From Bacillales bacterium (GTDB lineage: Bacteria > Bacillota_I > Bacilli_A > RFN20 > CAG-826), in NCBI GenBank assembly GCA_028726925.1, contig JAQYPI010000120.1, positions 1 to 42,089 of the forward strand: DNA of 42,089 nucleotides. The letters are read 5' to 3'. The notes beneath the pieces are model-generated. The model did not search any database and was not told the DNA's origin. It saw nothing but the letters and a program-made list of their open reading frames with translations. Of the stretch, positions 41,690-42,089 are shown piece by piece. Made by a program: the position numbers and the translations under genes. The first letter of the stretch is position 1. Each line of letters begins with the position of its first letter.

Positions 41690-42089
41690 GGATGCCTCCT
41701 TTATTTTCTTTTTTCGCAAAACCTTGAGGATGAAGAGCGCCCCGACGATGAGGGACGTGATCCCGATGAGGATGTTGCTCACACCCATCGAGATGCCCGC
41801 GACCTTGAAGCCATTGCCTTCGAGAGCGGGCAGGTGCGAGCAGATGAGGAAGATCGGGATGCGGTAGACGAAGACGCGAGAGATGTTGATCGCCGAGGCG
41901 ATGCGGGTTTCCCCGAAACCATAGAGGAGCCCGAGGACGGCGCTGTTGATCGCCAAGGTGATGATGCCCATCTTCTCGTAGAAGAACACCTCACTGATCT
42001 GCGCGGCATAGGCATCGACGTCTTCCGCCTTTCGGGCGAAGAAATGGGTGATGGGGTCATTGAAGATCGAGACGATGACCACCCCGACG
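41690..42089 (-). CDS. C-terminal part of a MATE/MOP-superfamily transporter (partial, no in-frame stop before GH105)
   Basis: TM-rich sequence ...GLLYGFGETRIASAINISRVFVYRIPIFLI...GISMGVSNILIGITSLIVGALFILKVLRKKK. The ORF runs off the right edge and continues in frame into GH105. Confidence 0.6.

Noticed and set aside
1-42089. CRISPR arrays, tRNA or rRNA genes, tandem DNA repeats, retron- or DGR-like elements.
   Set aside because: I saw no spaced direct repeats, no cloverleaf-capable intergenic segments and no reverse-transcriptase gene. The intergenic space is very limited apart from 1445-2102, 18536-18736 and 19943-20328. This was a by-eye scan and is not exhaustive.

Overview
This is a 42-kb window from a moderately GC-rich bacterial chromosome. 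It looks Gram-positive (Bacillota-like): most genes have strong AGGAGG-type Shine-Dalgarno sites, the solute-binding protein has a lipoprotein signal, and an ECF FolT gene sits behind a THF riboswitch.

The left ~20 kb is a mixed region. It holds an MscS channel, a ROK regulator, a pol-beta-type nucleotidyltransferase, an M18 aminopeptidase, a small HEPN-like ORF and exonuclease III. It also holds a SWIM zinc-finger gene next to an SNF2 helicase gene that is frameshifted as given, then MntP and the THF-riboswitch/FolT unit. Next comes a co-directional minus-strand block: MarR, a fused MacB-like ABC ATPase/permease, a flavin reductase, a processive GT2 synthase and a small membrane protein. An IS110-family element follows the block.

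The right ~22 kb is a pectin/oligogalacturonide utilisation locus. It encodes KduI, GntR, KdgK, Eda, a PucR-like HTH protein, GH28 and a CUT1 ABC importer (large lipoprotein SBP, two permeases, MsmK-type ATPase). It also encodes a TIM-barrel isomerase, a CE8 pectinesterase, UxaC, UxaA, UxaB, GH105 and the 3' end of a MATE/MOP transporter gene.

I found no clearly novel defence-type system. The observations most worth following up are:
- five membrane proteins I cannot assign to a family, translationally coupled inside the ABC importer operon;
- a 12-bp perfect palindrome that occurs twice and is a likely GntR operator;
- the long structured leader of the IS110 transposase gene, a candidate bridge RNA;
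- two single-base reading-frame anomalies at or next to short homopolymer runs (SNF2 helicase; MATE-GH105 read-through);
- several gene starts with a -10 box 6-10 nt upstream and no SD, suggesting leaderless mRNAs.

All family calls rest on motif recognition by eye. No database search was run.
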